64,000 bases of DNA, taken from positions 60,222-124,221 of IMG/VR virus record IMGVR_UViG_3300028887_000080. One strand, written 5' to 3'. The stretch is from a virus (Duplodnaviria > Caudoviricetes). The stretch's first letter is position 1, and every line of letters begins with the position of its first letter. The translations under genes and the position numbers were made by a program. Below the pieces are notes generated by a model that searched no databases, was not told where the DNA came from, and saw nothing but the letters and a program-made list of their open reading frames with translations. Below are positions 38,193-47,403 of this stretch, piece by piece.

Positions 38193-38795
38193 ATGAAAAT
38201 ACTGAAAATAGACGAGATGTTTTCAACACATCGCATAAACGAAGGCGCTGGCGCAGGATACAATGTTATGTTCGGCGACCTTGAAATCGACGTGAACACA
38301 ATAGAAATCACAGACCCCTTGAAAGACAGTGACGGAAACGGTTATTTTGAATGGAAAGCGAAGTTGAAACCGTGCAATATGAAGGAATGGGCGACTTCAA
38401 GTTATTATGACGGAACAGACAGCAATTCATCACATATTGAATTTGACTTCGACATAAAAGGAGGTGAAGTGCGGGGATGGATGGAAACATCTGAATTTCT
38501 CGGCGAAAATGGAAAATTCAACAAATCGTATGCGTTGAATTTTCTCAAGGAAATGGACGGGGTTGGATTTTCACTGTCGGATATGATTGGTGGTGGATGG
38601 GTGCATACAAACCTGTCCAACCCGATAGAAATCGGAAGCGGCAACTATGTTGAAGAGGGCAAGGTTCTTGAAAGCGACTATAGGAAGTCGCACGGATGGG
38701 ACAAGGACGAGAATGAATACGGCATATACTATGCGAAGATAGACGCAAAGGAATTTGCAGACTTCGTGAACGATTTTTACAAAAATGTTCCGTGA
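38193..38795 (+). CDS. Putative internal protein (MKILKIDEMF..RINE leader)
   Basis: ATG at 38193; stop supplied by the IS left end. Confidence 0.65.
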   Translation: MKILKIDEMFSTHRINEGAGAGYNVMFGDLEIDVNTIEITDPLKDSDGNGYFEWKAKLKPCNMKEWATSSYYDGTDSNSSHIEFDFDIKGGEVRGWMETSEFLGENGKFNKSYALNFLKEMDGVGFSLSDMIGGGWVHTNLSNPIEIGSGNYVEEGKVLESDYRKSHGWDKDENEYGIYYAKIDAKEFADFVNDFYKNVP

Positions 38796-38845
38796 AAGAT
38801 TCCACCTTTCAAGGTGGATATGAAACGGAACAAACTATTTTTCAT

Positions 38846-38853
38846 TATAAATA
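38846..38853 (+). promoter_or_regulatory. Late promoter TATAAATA inside the element
   Basis: Exact motif 19 nt before the TTG start. Confidence 0.5.
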
Positions 38854-38871
38854 TAACAAAAAACAATAATT

Positions 38872-40176
38872 TTGACATCAGAAGATAGAATTATAAAAAA
38901 TAGTTGCATTTCAGAAACGAAGCGTGCAACCGTTTCAAGACACCTTGGAATGGACTGCAAGACTTTTGATGTCAAAATCCAAGAGAACTCGTTGAACAAC
39001 AAACAAAAGGAAGCGTTGGAACGCATATTCCTTGAACAGAAGTGGTACAAGAATTATATCATAAATTGGTCTAACCAATCCGACCAAAACAAACTGTCGA
39101 AGTTCGACACAAAATTGACTTCCATAACCAAGAAGGACAAGGATATGAATGATGTTGATGTGAAAATCCAATACCTTTCCGCACAGTCAAGACAATGTTT
39201 GTTGTCAAGGATGCTTGCAAATGCAAAATCAATCAAAACATTATCGAACAAAGGATTCCAAAAAGGCGGACATTTGAAATTCTCAAAAGAGGAAACAATC
39301 ATTGACTTGAAACAATATGGAACAAGTCACAAGATTGTCTCAAACAAAAAGGTCAAGGTTGCAGGAATCAAAAAAGCATTGGTTGTCAACGGGTTGAAGC
39401 AATTCACAAGCATACAAGGGATTGAATATGCGAATGCAAGACTGTTGAAACGTGCAAGCGGATATTATATCCAATTTGTATGCTATGTTCCAAAGGAAAC
39501 CAAGCAATATATAAACCAAACAATAGGTGTTGACTTCGGTTGCGAGACAACATTCACATTGTCAAACGGTGAGAAGGTACAAGCGTCAGTTCAAGAAAGC
39601 GACAGACTTAAAAGACTTCAAAGAAAGTTGAATAAGAAAATAAAAGGGTCAAAGAACTGGTGCAAGTGCAAATCACAACTGAACAAGGAACACGAAAAAC
39701 TGACAAACAAGAAAAATGATTTGACAAACAAAGTTGTTTACAAACTTACTGAATATGAAACAGTTGTAATCCAAGACGAGCAGATTGCAAGGTGGCATAA
39801 AAGCGGTCACGGAAAGAAGGTTCAGCATTCAATTCTTGGAAGAGTCAAATCAAAACTGAAGAGCAAACCAAACGTAGTTGTCTTGGACAAATATGTTCCA
39901 ACGACAAAGGTCTGCACAAAATGCGGATGCTGTCACGATGAACTGAAAGTCTATGACAGAACATTCAAATGCGATTGTGGTGTTGAAATGGACAGAGACG
40001 TTCACGCAGCACAGAATATGGTTTGGTTCTATAAGAATAATGTAGGCACTTTGTGCCACAATGTAGGTGTGGGGCGCACCGAATCAAAGCGTGTGGAGAT
40101 GCGGGAAAAGATTTTGGATGCTATAAGGCATTCAAAGCAATCAGCATCGTTGAATCACGAAGCCGACACCCTTTAG
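38872..40176 (+). CDS. tnpB: TnpB-like nuclease (RuvC-II reads IQDE)
   Basis: IGVDFG, CTKCG/CDCG, DRDVHAA. Confidence 0.85.
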   Translation: MTSEDRIIKNSCISETKRATVSRHLGMDCKTFDVKIQENSLNNKQKEALERIFLEQKWYKNYIINWSNQSDQNKLSKFDTKLTSITKKDKDMNDVDVKIQYLSAQSRQCLLSRMLANAKSIKTLSNKGFQKGGHLKFSKEETIIDLKQYGTSHKIVSNKKVKVAGIKKALVVNGLKQFTSIQGIEYANARLLKRASGYYIQFVCYVPKETKQYINQTIGVDFGCETTFTLSNGEKVQASVQESDRLKRLQRKLNKKIKGSKNWCKCKSQLNKEHEKLTNKKNDLTNKVVYKLTEYETVVIQDEQIARWHKSGHGKKVQHSILGRVKSKLKSKPNVVVLDKYVPTTKVCTKCGCCHDELKVYDRTFKCDCGVEMDRDVHAAQNMVWFYKNNVGTLCHNVGVGRTESKRVEMREKILDAIRHSKQSASLNHEADTL

Positions 40177-40221
40177 GGTGGCGGTAGTTCACAAAAATCC
40201 TGAAGAATATTATGAAATATA

Positions 40222-40875
40222 ATGAAAATATTGAAAGTAAATGAATATGTACTGCACGGTAGTCAGTTGAACGAATCTTATTCGGAAAACTTCTTGAAGA
40301 AACTCGTGCACAGGATTGTGAACTCCAAGACGAACAACGAGTATTTCTCGTATTTCGGACACGAGGTGAACATACAGTCTGGCACAAGGGACTATGCCGA
40401 TATTTCAATCAACAACAATATCAATTTCGACATTGATTATGATACACTTGACGTTCATTTCCAAAGCACTGGAAACCTGAAAGATAATGAAATTGATGCA
40501 ATCGTTTCCGCACTGCACGCAGAACTCGACAACCGTATGTTGAGCGTCAGCGTGTCATTCGATGAGAACATCGGTTCTCATTCCGAAAGCGGATACAAAC
40601 TCACGCAAGACGATGTCGCGCTTCTTAAAGAATGGGGGGACAGGGATGATGACATTGAGCAGATACAAAGATGCCTTGATGAAGACGGTTTCGTTATGAC
40701 AGACCGTTTCAACAAACGCATTGACGCGGAAACTGCAATCAAGATGCTCGGACAGAAAGAGTTCCTTTCCGGACTTGAGCGTTCCTGCTTCCATTGGAGC
40801 GCATCACGCGGAAGCGGAAACAAAACTGTCAGTTTCGACACAAGCGAATGGCACCATAAAACATTCCACAACTAA
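40222..40875 (+). CDS. Putative internal protein (MKILKVNEY..LNES leader)
   Basis: Shared leader. Confidence 0.65.
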   Translation: MKILKVNEYVLHGSQLNESYSENFLKKLVHRIVNSKTNNEYFSYFGHEVNIQSGTRDYADISINNNINFDIDYDTLDVHFQSTGNLKDNEIDAIVSALHAELDNRMLSVSVSFDENIGSHSESGYKLTQDDVALLKEWGDRDDDIEQIQRCLDEDGFVMTDRFNKRIDAETAIKMLGQKEFLSGLERSCFHWSASRGSGNKTVSFDTSEWHHKTFHN

Positions 40876-40895
40876 TGAAAACCAACAAAATGAAT

Positions 40896-40921
40896 AAAGC
40901 GGTCAAATTTGACCGCTTTTT
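40896..40921. terminator. Terminator
   Basis: AAAGCGGTCAAATTTGACCGCTTTT. Confidence 0.7.
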
Positions 40922-40979
40922 CTTTTTGTTATAACTTGTATCACTTTTTTGATAAATGCCGCGGAATGGCAAGAAAACG

Positions 40980-41264
40980 CTATTCCTGCGTATCTTCGTC
41001 ACTCTTTTCTGTTTCGTCGGTTTCGTTCTCCGTGATTTCATCGTCAGGTTCTCCATCTTCGATTTCAATTCCGTCCTCGCCTCCAGCAAAGTCGTCATAG
41101 AAACCGAATCGCTCCAAACTCGCATAGAAGTATGAGATGAAGAATACAGCAACAAGCAGGAACGAGAACCTCACGAACGGCGTTGCAAAATAGAATGAAC
41201 CGCAGGCGAAACCGACCATTGCGGAAAGCGCGGCAAAAAGATAAGGTGTGTTTTTTCTTTTCAT
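40980..41264 (-). CDS. Two-TM membrane protein with acidic tail
   Basis: Two hydrophobic segments. Confidence 0.6.
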   Translation of the reverse strand: MKRKNTPYLFAALSAMVGFACGSFYFATPFVRFSFLLVAVFFISYFYASLERFGFYDDFAGGEDGIEIEDGEPDDEITENETDETEKSDEDTQE

Positions 41265-41281
41265 ATCAAATGTTTTTTTGG

Positions 41282-43447
41282 TTATCTCAACACGTCATAC
41301 ACAAAGCAGTCCGCATCCGAGAACGTGCTGTCCGTGCAGGTAAATTCGATTATAGGTCTGTCGCCAATAAGGTCGTCCGACGGCACGACCACCTCCACCG
41401 CGGTGTCGGAATCCTCCCCGTCGGAAAGGTTCGTCCTGAACACGATGTTCCTGCCGTTGAGGTTTTCAAGCGTGAGGTTGGGAAAAACCACCCTCACGTT
41501 CTGACCGTTTCTCCACGTGGTGATGGTGTCATAGGCGTTTATGATTATGTCGTATGCCGCATTGGTGTTCGGCATCGTGTAAACCCTCACCATATTGGTC
41601 ATAGGTTTCAGGTAGAAGTTCACCTTGTTGTCCCCCCTGTCGCCACCTGTCAGGTCTATCGGACTTGATTGGTTCGCGGCGGTGGAGTCCGAGAGCGTGA
41701 GGTTGCACATACTGTAACCGCTCGTGCTGTTTCCGACAGTTATCCTGTTCGGTGTGCTCGTGTCTATGTCTATGGCATATCCGCCGCGCACGACGTCCGT
41801 GTTGTACTGCAACTCCACGTTCGCCATTCCGTTCACTATGGAGTTGAGGGCATCCCAATTCCTTGCTATGAGGTCGACGAGTGTGTTCCTGTCGGCGAAC
41901 GCGGAGTTTGCGTTCTCAAGCGTCCTTTCGATTTCGGCAACCGTGTTCACGAGCGCCTCGTAGTTCGCCATAGTGCTTGTGAAGGTCTCTATGTCGCTCA
42001 ACCTGCTCTCAATCCTCGTGAGTGCGCCCCTGACCCTTGTGAACATATCCGTGCATTCGGTGAGTCTTGTCATCGCGTCGGCGAACAGGCTCATCGAGAA
42101 TGTATTGTATTCGTTAACGAGAGTGGTGACGCCCTGCTTGTTCGGTTCTATGTCGATTCTCAAGTTCAGTTTGAATCCATAGCTGTTCCCGTTCTGCACG
42201 CCTGCGACAGGCATATATTTCGGGTATCTTTGCATATAGTCCCAATTCTCGCATTTTATGTCGTCAAGGAAAAGTACCCCATATAGGTTGGATGTGCGGG
42301 TTCCTGACGAAACGTCGACAATGTCGTAATATACAAGCACCGCATTGAATTGGAAACTTTTGGAGTTGTTTGACTTGTTGAAGTCGTCCATACCTGCAAG
42401 ACCGCCCATTGTTATCTCCCTGTAGGAGTTGGCGTCAAAGTCTATGCAGAGTCCGTCAAAGTCGGTCTTGTACGAATATGATTTCCAATATGCGTCTATG
42501 TCTTTCTCATACACCCTTGTTTTGGGTTCGGTGTTTGAGTTTACGAGATACCTGCATTCGGTGTCGTTGGCGTCCCTTGTGTCGTACAGTGCACGCAGGT
42601 CAACCGGGTATGCGTTGTCCAACTGTGTCTGTCCGAGTATCCAATCTTGGTGCAGTGTGACTTCATAATGCGGCGGACGCATATTGCCGTCAGTTTCCCT
42701 TTTGAAAAGCACTGTCGGCGTGCATCCTGCGTCGGACGGTATGTTCACATAGATTTCGGTGTACGCTTCGTTGGCAATGTCCACATTGTTGGTGATGTCT
42801 ATGTTGCCGATGTATCTTACCACATTGTTGTAGGCGTATTCAGACGGGATGTCTATCGGGTCTGAATATGTATTTGTGTCTGGGTCATAGTGCTCAAACA
42901 CCTCGTCGATTCCCTCGACATACCGCTTCTCGTTCCTGTTCAGAAGCGAAGGCGACACCTTGTTTTCGTCATACTTGAAGTTCATTGCGCCTGTCTGCGC
43001 CATAAAATGCCAAAAGACACGCTCTGCAACGGAGCGGTCTGTTGAATTGTCTTCGGATTTGTCAATCAGAAGTTCCTCGAAGTTGTAGGCATAGTCCTGC
43101 AAAAGTTCGGCAAGCAGTTGGGACGACGTCTTGACGGAAGTGTGACCGCTCGTGTTCCAATCCCCGTAGCATCGGTCGAGCATATCGTCTATCGCACAGA
43201 ACTGAAAATAGTTCTTGTCGTATGTGGACGGAAGTATTGAACTGTTGTTGCTCGATGCGCTCCCGCTGTTGTGGTTCCAATTCGCCACGTTGATTATGTC
43301 TGGTATGTCGATGCAGACAAAATGCGAGAACACAAACTCCTTCTGCGAGTTGGCGAGGCATTTTGACAAATCCCTTGCCGCGCTTGAAAAAGTGTAGAAT
43401 GTTGTCCCCTGCGGGTTTAACGGTCTTATAAGTGGTGTGAATGCCAT
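41282..43447 (-). CDS. Probable virion structural (baseplate/tail) protein
   Basis: 721 aa; GTTFYTFSSA, FNAVLVYYD, NLYGVLFLD; late promoter. Confidence 0.55.
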   Translation of the reverse strand: MAFTPLIRPLNPQGTTFYTFSSAARDLSKCLANSQKEFVFSHFVCIDIPDIINVANWNHNSGSASSNNSSILPSTYDKNYFQFCAIDDMLDRCYGDWNTSGHTSVKTSSQLLAELLQDYAYNFEELLIDKSEDNSTDRSVAERVFWHFMAQTGAMNFKYDENKVSPSLLNRNEKRYVEGIDEVFEHYDPDTNTYSDPIDIPSEYAYNNVVRYIGNIDITNNVDIANEAYTEIYVNIPSDAGCTPTVLFKRETDGNMRPPHYEVTLHQDWILGQTQLDNAYPVDLRALYDTRDANDTECRYLVNSNTEPKTRVYEKDIDAYWKSYSYKTDFDGLCIDFDANSYREITMGGLAGMDDFNKSNNSKSFQFNAVLVYYDIVDVSSGTRTSNLYGVLFLDDIKCENWDYMQRYPKYMPVAGVQNGNSYGFKLNLRIDIEPNKQGVTTLVNEYNTFSMSLFADAMTRLTECTDMFTRVRGALTRIESRLSDIETFTSTMANYEALVNTVAEIERTLENANSAFADRNTLVDLIARNWDALNSIVNGMANVELQYNTDVVRGGYAIDIDTSTPNRITVGNSTSGYSMCNLTLSDSTAANQSSPIDLTGGDRGDNKVNFYLKPMTNMVRVYTMPNTNAAYDIIINAYDTITTWRNGQNVRVVFPNLTLENLNGRNIVFRTNLSDGEDSDTAVEVVVPSDDLIGDRPIIEFTCTDSTFSDADCFVYDVLR

Positions 43448-43522
43448 TGTGTTTTATTGTTATGTTATTTGTTGAATTTCTGGAGGAAGTTCGGATAGTC
43501 GAGCGGCATAATGTTTGTTCTG

Positions 43523-43530
43523 TATTTATA
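43523..43530 (-). promoter_or_regulatory. Late promoter TATAAATA
   Basis: Exact motif. Confidence 0.6.
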
Positions 43531-43873
43531 TGAGTTCAGTTTTCCTTTTCCTGCCTTTTGCGAAGAACACATTGTCGGAAAGGGACTTTATTATTTCCTC
43601 CGTTTTTTTGCAGGTTTCTATGAACCCGCTGACATCGTCCGAGTCGAGCGAGAACCATTCGTTCAGTGCTCCTTTTGGACTGAACCTTCTGTGCAACATA
43701 GTTTCAAGTCCGTAGGGGTCGTCGCATTTATAGGTATGCACGACGAAAAGTTGTGCGGAGTTACCTGTCTGCAATTCATCGAGACGAGTCTTTATGTCGC
43801 GTTTGGTCACCCCTATTTTATAGGTTTCAGTTTGCGGGTCGCATATAAGATAGACAATGCCTGCCATATCCAT
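43526..43873 (-). CDS. GIY-YIG (T5orf172/MUG113-like) protein
   Basis: VYLI...YKIGVT...RLDELQTGN...LH..F......EWF. Confidence 0.85.
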   Translation of the reverse strand: MDMAGIVYLICDPQTETYKIGVTKRDIKTRLDELQTGNSAQLFVVHTYKCDDPYGLETMLHRRFSPKGALNEWFSLDSDDVSGFIETCKKTEEIIKSLSDNVFFAKGRKRKTELI

Positions 43874-43878
43874 TAAAA

Positions 43879-44286
43879 TTAAAGACTTTTCAGAATAATC
43901 TCTATTTCAGTGAATTTCTTTTCATCATAAAGTTTTGCGATTTCAGAAGAAATCTCTTTGACCTTTTCGTAGACGGAGTTCATCCTCGTTTGGCTCATCC
44001 TGCCGAGTTCCATCGCACAAACGTCTATGGTCGGATGCTCTGGGCTTCCTATCAGGGTGTATATCTCCCTGTCGCCGCTTTTTTCCATAGGTTCAACGCG
44101 AACCCAAACGCCGCGTTCAATCTCCTTTCTCTGTCCGAAACTGTAAAAACCCTTTTCGTAATACACCTCTATGTGAATTGTGTTGTAACTTCCGTGGTTT
44201 TTTATAGGTTCAAACAAGACAAGTTTTGTGTCGCCGAAACTTTCATTCACGAAATCATCGTATTTAAGAATGCTGTGGTTTTTCAT
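43879..44286 (-). CDS. Putative internal protein (ILKYDDFVNES leader)
   Basis: Leader plus late promoter. Confidence 0.65.
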   Translation of the reverse strand: MKNHSILKYDDFVNESFGDTKLVLFEPIKNHGSYNTIHIEVYYEKGFYSFGQRKEIERGVWVRVEPMEKSGDREIYTLIGSPEHPTIDVCAMELGRMSQTRMNSVYEKVKEISSEIAKLYDEKKFTEIEIILKSL

Positions 44287-44305
44287 AATCACGCTTTATT
44301 TTCTA

Positions 44306-44313
44306 TATTTATA
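44306..44313 (-). promoter_or_regulatory. Late promoter TATAAATA
   Basis: Exact motif. Confidence 0.7.
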
Positions 44314-44375
44314 AAAGCCAGTTAAAGAAAAACTCTCGTCATCATAAACAAAAAAGGTCGGCAACCGCCAACCTT

Positions 44376-44394
44376 GATATATTAACGATATATC
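44376..44394. repeat. GATATATC-N3-GATATATC box (1 mismatch)
   Basis: GATATATT AAC GATATATC. Confidence 0.75.
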
Positions 44395-44405
44395 GTTCCA
44401 CGGAA

Positions 44406-44726
44406 TTATCTTCCGTTTGTCCTGTCGAACTCCTGCATTATTGTTGTCGCGACATCGTCGATGTCGTCACCCTCGGAGATTTCAATTTCAACACTGTCTC
44501 CGACCTTGCAGGCGTCGGAATCTGAACTTTTCACGGTGGCAACCACTTCTGCCCAATCCAAATAGTCATTCTTCAGTTCGACACTCCACACAACCTCCGC
44601 GTTCGTGCGACCGCCGTCCTCGATGAGAGTCGTGACAACGTCCACTGTTTTGTCCACATTCCTGTTATCCTTGAAAAAGGAAATCAGGGTATCCACCATT
44701 TCGTCTATTCTCTTTATGTGTACCAT
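44406..44726 (-). CDS. Putative internal protein (MVHIKRIDEM leader)
   Basis: Shared leader. Confidence 0.65.
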   Translation of the reverse strand: MVHIKRIDEMVDTLISFFKDNRNVDKTVDVVTTLIEDGGRTNAEVVWSVELKNDYLDWAEVVATVKSSDSDACKVGDSVEIEISEGDDIDDVATTIMQEFDRTNGR

Positions 44727-44729
44727 AAA

Positions 44730-45101
44730 CTACATTTTTATTCCAAGGTATGTGCAGATTGCCGTCATCACGATTTTGGAGGTGAGCAGTTGATAGAGCG
44801 GACCTGTAGTCACACCCAATGCCTTGCAAATCGCCTTGCCGAGTTTGTCGCCTGCGACAAGACCGCCGATTCCTCCGACAAGACCGCCGAGGAACCCTTC
44901 GTTCTGCATCTCCGCCATCGTCTTTTCAATGGCGTCCACATCGCAGGGAAGTTCGTCCGCGTTCACGCTTTCGTTCACGAAGGCACGTTCCTTGTCGGTG
45001 AGGTTGAGGTTCTTTTTGTAGAGTTCGACAAACAATTCGAGCGCCTTTTCGTCGCTTATCCTGTCGTTCACCATATCGTTGTAGGTCTTTACATTTTCCA
45101 T
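44730..45101 (-). CDS. Putative internal protein with glycine-zipper hydrophobic C-terminus
   Basis: MENVKTYNDMVN leader; NEGFLGGLVGGIGGLVAG. Confidence 0.6.
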   Translation of the reverse strand: MENVKTYNDMVNDRISDEKALELFVELYKKNLNLTDKERAFVNESVNADELPCDVDAIEKTMAEMQNEGFLGGLVGGIGGLVAGDKLGKAICKALGVTTGPLYQLLTSKIVMTAICTYLGIKM

Positions 45102-45124
45102 TGTGATATAATAGATTCCGATTA

Positions 45125-45132
45125 TATTTATA
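45125..45132 (-). promoter_or_regulatory. Late promoter TATAAATA
   Basis: Exact motif. Confidence 0.7.
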
Positions 45133-45186
45133 AAAACAAAAATCCTGCTGATAGCAGGATTGTATTTTGTTTGTATTTTTCACAGG

Positions 45187-45672
45187 TCAGAGAGGAAGTT
45201 CAGGAAAGCACTCTGTTGGTTGTGACGGGTTTGTCAGGTGCCGAAACACAGGCGCAAATTGTTTAGGATATTTCACAAATTGATATTTCGGGACATCTTT
45301 CCAATGCCAACATAGGTTTATCGCAAATTCCGCATATTCGTTCAATGCCGAAACCGCCTTTTTGTACTTTTTGCTTTTGACATACGTCTTATATACGATT
45401 TCATTTTGAAGTTCATCGCTTTTTCTGAAATGCGACAATGCAAGCATAAGACTTGGTGTGAGGTTGTTTCTGTCGTAATAGACGGCGAAACCGACTGTTT
45501 TCGTGTTTTTCTGAATACAGTATTTTTCAGGAAAGACTACGAATACCCTGTCAGTCCATATATCTTCACAGCAGTCCATTATGGAAAAATATGTGTTGCC
45601 AAAAGGAGTTTTTTCCAAACACACGTTTTTCGGCAAGTTCTCTTTAATTATGCCGCTGTCTGTCAGTCTCAT
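45187..45672 (-). CDS. MRxTxS-tag protein (MRLTDSG)
   Basis: 161-aa ORF. Confidence 0.7.
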   Translation of the reverse strand: MRLTDSGIIKENLPKNVCLEKTPFGNTYFSIMDCCEDIWTDRVFVVFPEKYCIQKNTKTVGFAVYYDRNNLTPSLMLALSHFRKSDELQNEIVYKTYVKSKKYKKAVSALNEYAEFAINLCWHWKDVPKYQFVKYPKQFAPVFRHLTNPSQPTECFPELPL

Positions 45673-45871
45673 CGTCTTTGTGTTTTTCAGTCGCTTTTTT
45701 TATCGCGTCGGCGCACCCGCTTCCTACAACTATGTAGGACGCGCTTCCCCTCACCGACTTGTTCAATGCTTCATTCGCCATTTTTATCAGGCGTGTTCCA
45801 AGTTCCGACATCAGCGTGCGTTCCAAGTCCTTTTTCAGGCAGTCTGTCATCTGCGAGTCAGTCAGTCTCAT
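45644..45871 (-). CDS. MRxTxS-tag protein (MRLTDSQ)
   Basis: ATG at 45871. Confidence 0.6.
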   Translation of the reverse strand: MRLTDSQMTDCLKKDLERTLMSELGTRLIKMANEALNKSVRGSASYIVVGSGCADAIKKATEKHKDDETDRQRHN

Positions 45872-45888
45872 AACATATTTGGTTTGCT

Positions 45889-46293
45889 TCAATACAGGAA
45901 CCTGTAGTTTTCGATTTGGAAATTGAAGTTGGCGTCTTTGAACACGCTTCCGTTTTTCGCAATTATGTAATACTTCAGAAGTTGCGCTATGTTGGATTCC
46001 TTGTTTTCCTTGCCGTCCAATTCGTCTTCCGCCTTTTTGATGGAAAGAATGTTCTCTATGATTCCGCTTCTTACGTTCTTCCTGTACGGGTTTCCCCCTA
46101 CGTAGTATATTCTCACAAGCAGTCTTTTGAACGGCGGCGATGTTTCCACACAAAGCACCTCCGCGCAACTTTTCTCGAAACCCCGCAGATGCGGGTCGTA
46201 TTTCAGGTCGCCGTCGTAGATTTCCTCAACCACGTCGTACTTCCATTCGCCAATGACACTTTCCTTTATTCCGCTTTCGGACAGTCTTGCCAT
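45889..46293 (-). CDS. MRxTxS-tag protein (MARLSESG)
   Basis: 134-aa ORF. Confidence 0.7.
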   Translation of the reverse strand: MARLSESGIKESVIGEWKYDVVEEIYDGDLKYDPHLRGFEKSCAEVLCVETSPPFKRLLVRIYYVGGNPYRKNVRSGIIENILSIKKAEDELDGKENKESNIAQLLKYYIIAKNGSVFKDANFNFQIENYRFLY

Positions 46294-46296
46294 ATC

Positions 46297-47391
46297 CTAT
46301 ACCAAAGGATTGTCCGTTATGTTCACGTCCTTGAACGCTTTTTTGAACTCTCCAACCCTGTCCATCTCGTCGCAGTGTGTGACCTCAACGACATAGGGGA
46401 CATTCAAAGCGTTCTGTTCAATGCGCTCTTTCAGTTTATTTATGTCAAGATGACCGTATCGGAACTCACCCTGAAAGCTGTTCCAATGGTTCGTCCTGTC
46501 CTCATCAACAGAGGATGAGATGTCCGACCGCAAACTTTCCGACAGCATACCGCCGTCACCGTGCCGTGTCAGATAGGGTCTTGTCACATAATGCGCGGTC
46601 AGGATTGTACCCTGATTGGGGGTTCCGTCAATATGGGCGGCACCCATTTTGTTCAGGATTGACAGTGCGTATGCGATGCCCGTGTTTGACGGGGTGGTGT
46701 CATAGGTGTTGAACCCTGTGTCGGAAAGGAGCAGACCCTGCCCGTTCTCAAACAGGAGGTTGTCGTATTTGAGTTCCTCCACCTCCACAGGTTCTGCTGT
46801 GTCAGCAAGAAACTTGCAGTCGGACAGGAACGCCTGAACGATGGTGTCGGAATCCCACACGTCCAGCCAATGGGTCGGAACCCGCAAGGTTCTCTCATAA
46901 TAGGACTTGACATTGTGGAGGTGTTCCAACTGCATACGGACAGGCAGGGAGACAAACTCATCAAGCGCCCTTGTTGAACAGTCTCGGTAGCGTTTGATGG
47001 TATTCCATATCCCCATACCGCAAGTCGCGTGGGTGCCTTTCTGTTCCTCCGATATTGCGTTTGCCATCATATCGTATGGAGTACTCCATCGGCAGTTTTT
47101 GTCACGCATAATCTTCGGTTTCACAATCAGGGAGTCATACTCAATCCTGAACTGCATAGGGTTCAATATGAAAAAGCACGAATAATAGTTGTCGGCGTTG
47201 AGGTGGGTTGCCGAACCGAAGTGCTGATAGGTGATACTCCCGTTCTTTGTGAGGACTGAATGTCCTCTCTGCGCCCCTCCGTTGGTGAGGACGTTCAATA
47301 CGGAACCCTCCGCGCTTTTTGCGTATTTTGCGGTGACAGTCCCCTTGCCCTCGTCACCATAGTTGCTTCCGATTATTATCCGTGCTTTCAT
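46297..47391 (-). CDS. Adenylosuccinate synthetase-like protein (short, divergent PurA family)
   Basis: IIGSNYGDEGKG, GGAQRGH, FENGQGLLL, TRPYLTRHG. Confidence 0.85.
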   Translation of the reverse strand: MKARIIIGSNYGDEGKGTVTAKYAKSAEGSVLNVLTNGGAQRGHSVLTKNGSITYQHFGSATHLNADNYYSCFFILNPMQFRIEYDSLIVKPKIMRDKNCRWSTPYDMMANAISEEQKGTHATCGMGIWNTIKRYRDCSTRALDEFVSLPVRMQLEHLHNVKSYYERTLRVPTHWLDVWDSDTIVQAFLSDCKFLADTAEPVEVEELKYDNLLFENGQGLLLSDTGFNTYDTTPSNTGIAYALSILNKMGAAHIDGTPNQGTILTAHYVTRPYLTRHGDGGMLSESLRSDISSSVDEDRTNHWNSFQGEFRYGHLDINKLKERIEQNALNVPYVVEVTHCDEMDRVGEFKKAFKDVNITDNPLV

Positions 47392-47403
47392 ATTGCGTTT
47401 TGT

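Larger units (their letters stand above)
38787..40192 (+). mobile_element. IS200/IS605-family tnpB-only element
   Basis: Left-end hairpin GTTCCGT...ACGGAAC after AAAT; right-end hairpin CACCCTTTAGGGTG ending in GTTCAC. Confidence 0.85.

Noticed and set aside
46297-47391. PurZ (2-aminoadenine DNA pathway)
   Set aside because: The motif is GDEGKG with the PurA-type Asp, and no partner dATPase or MazZ is recognised nearby.
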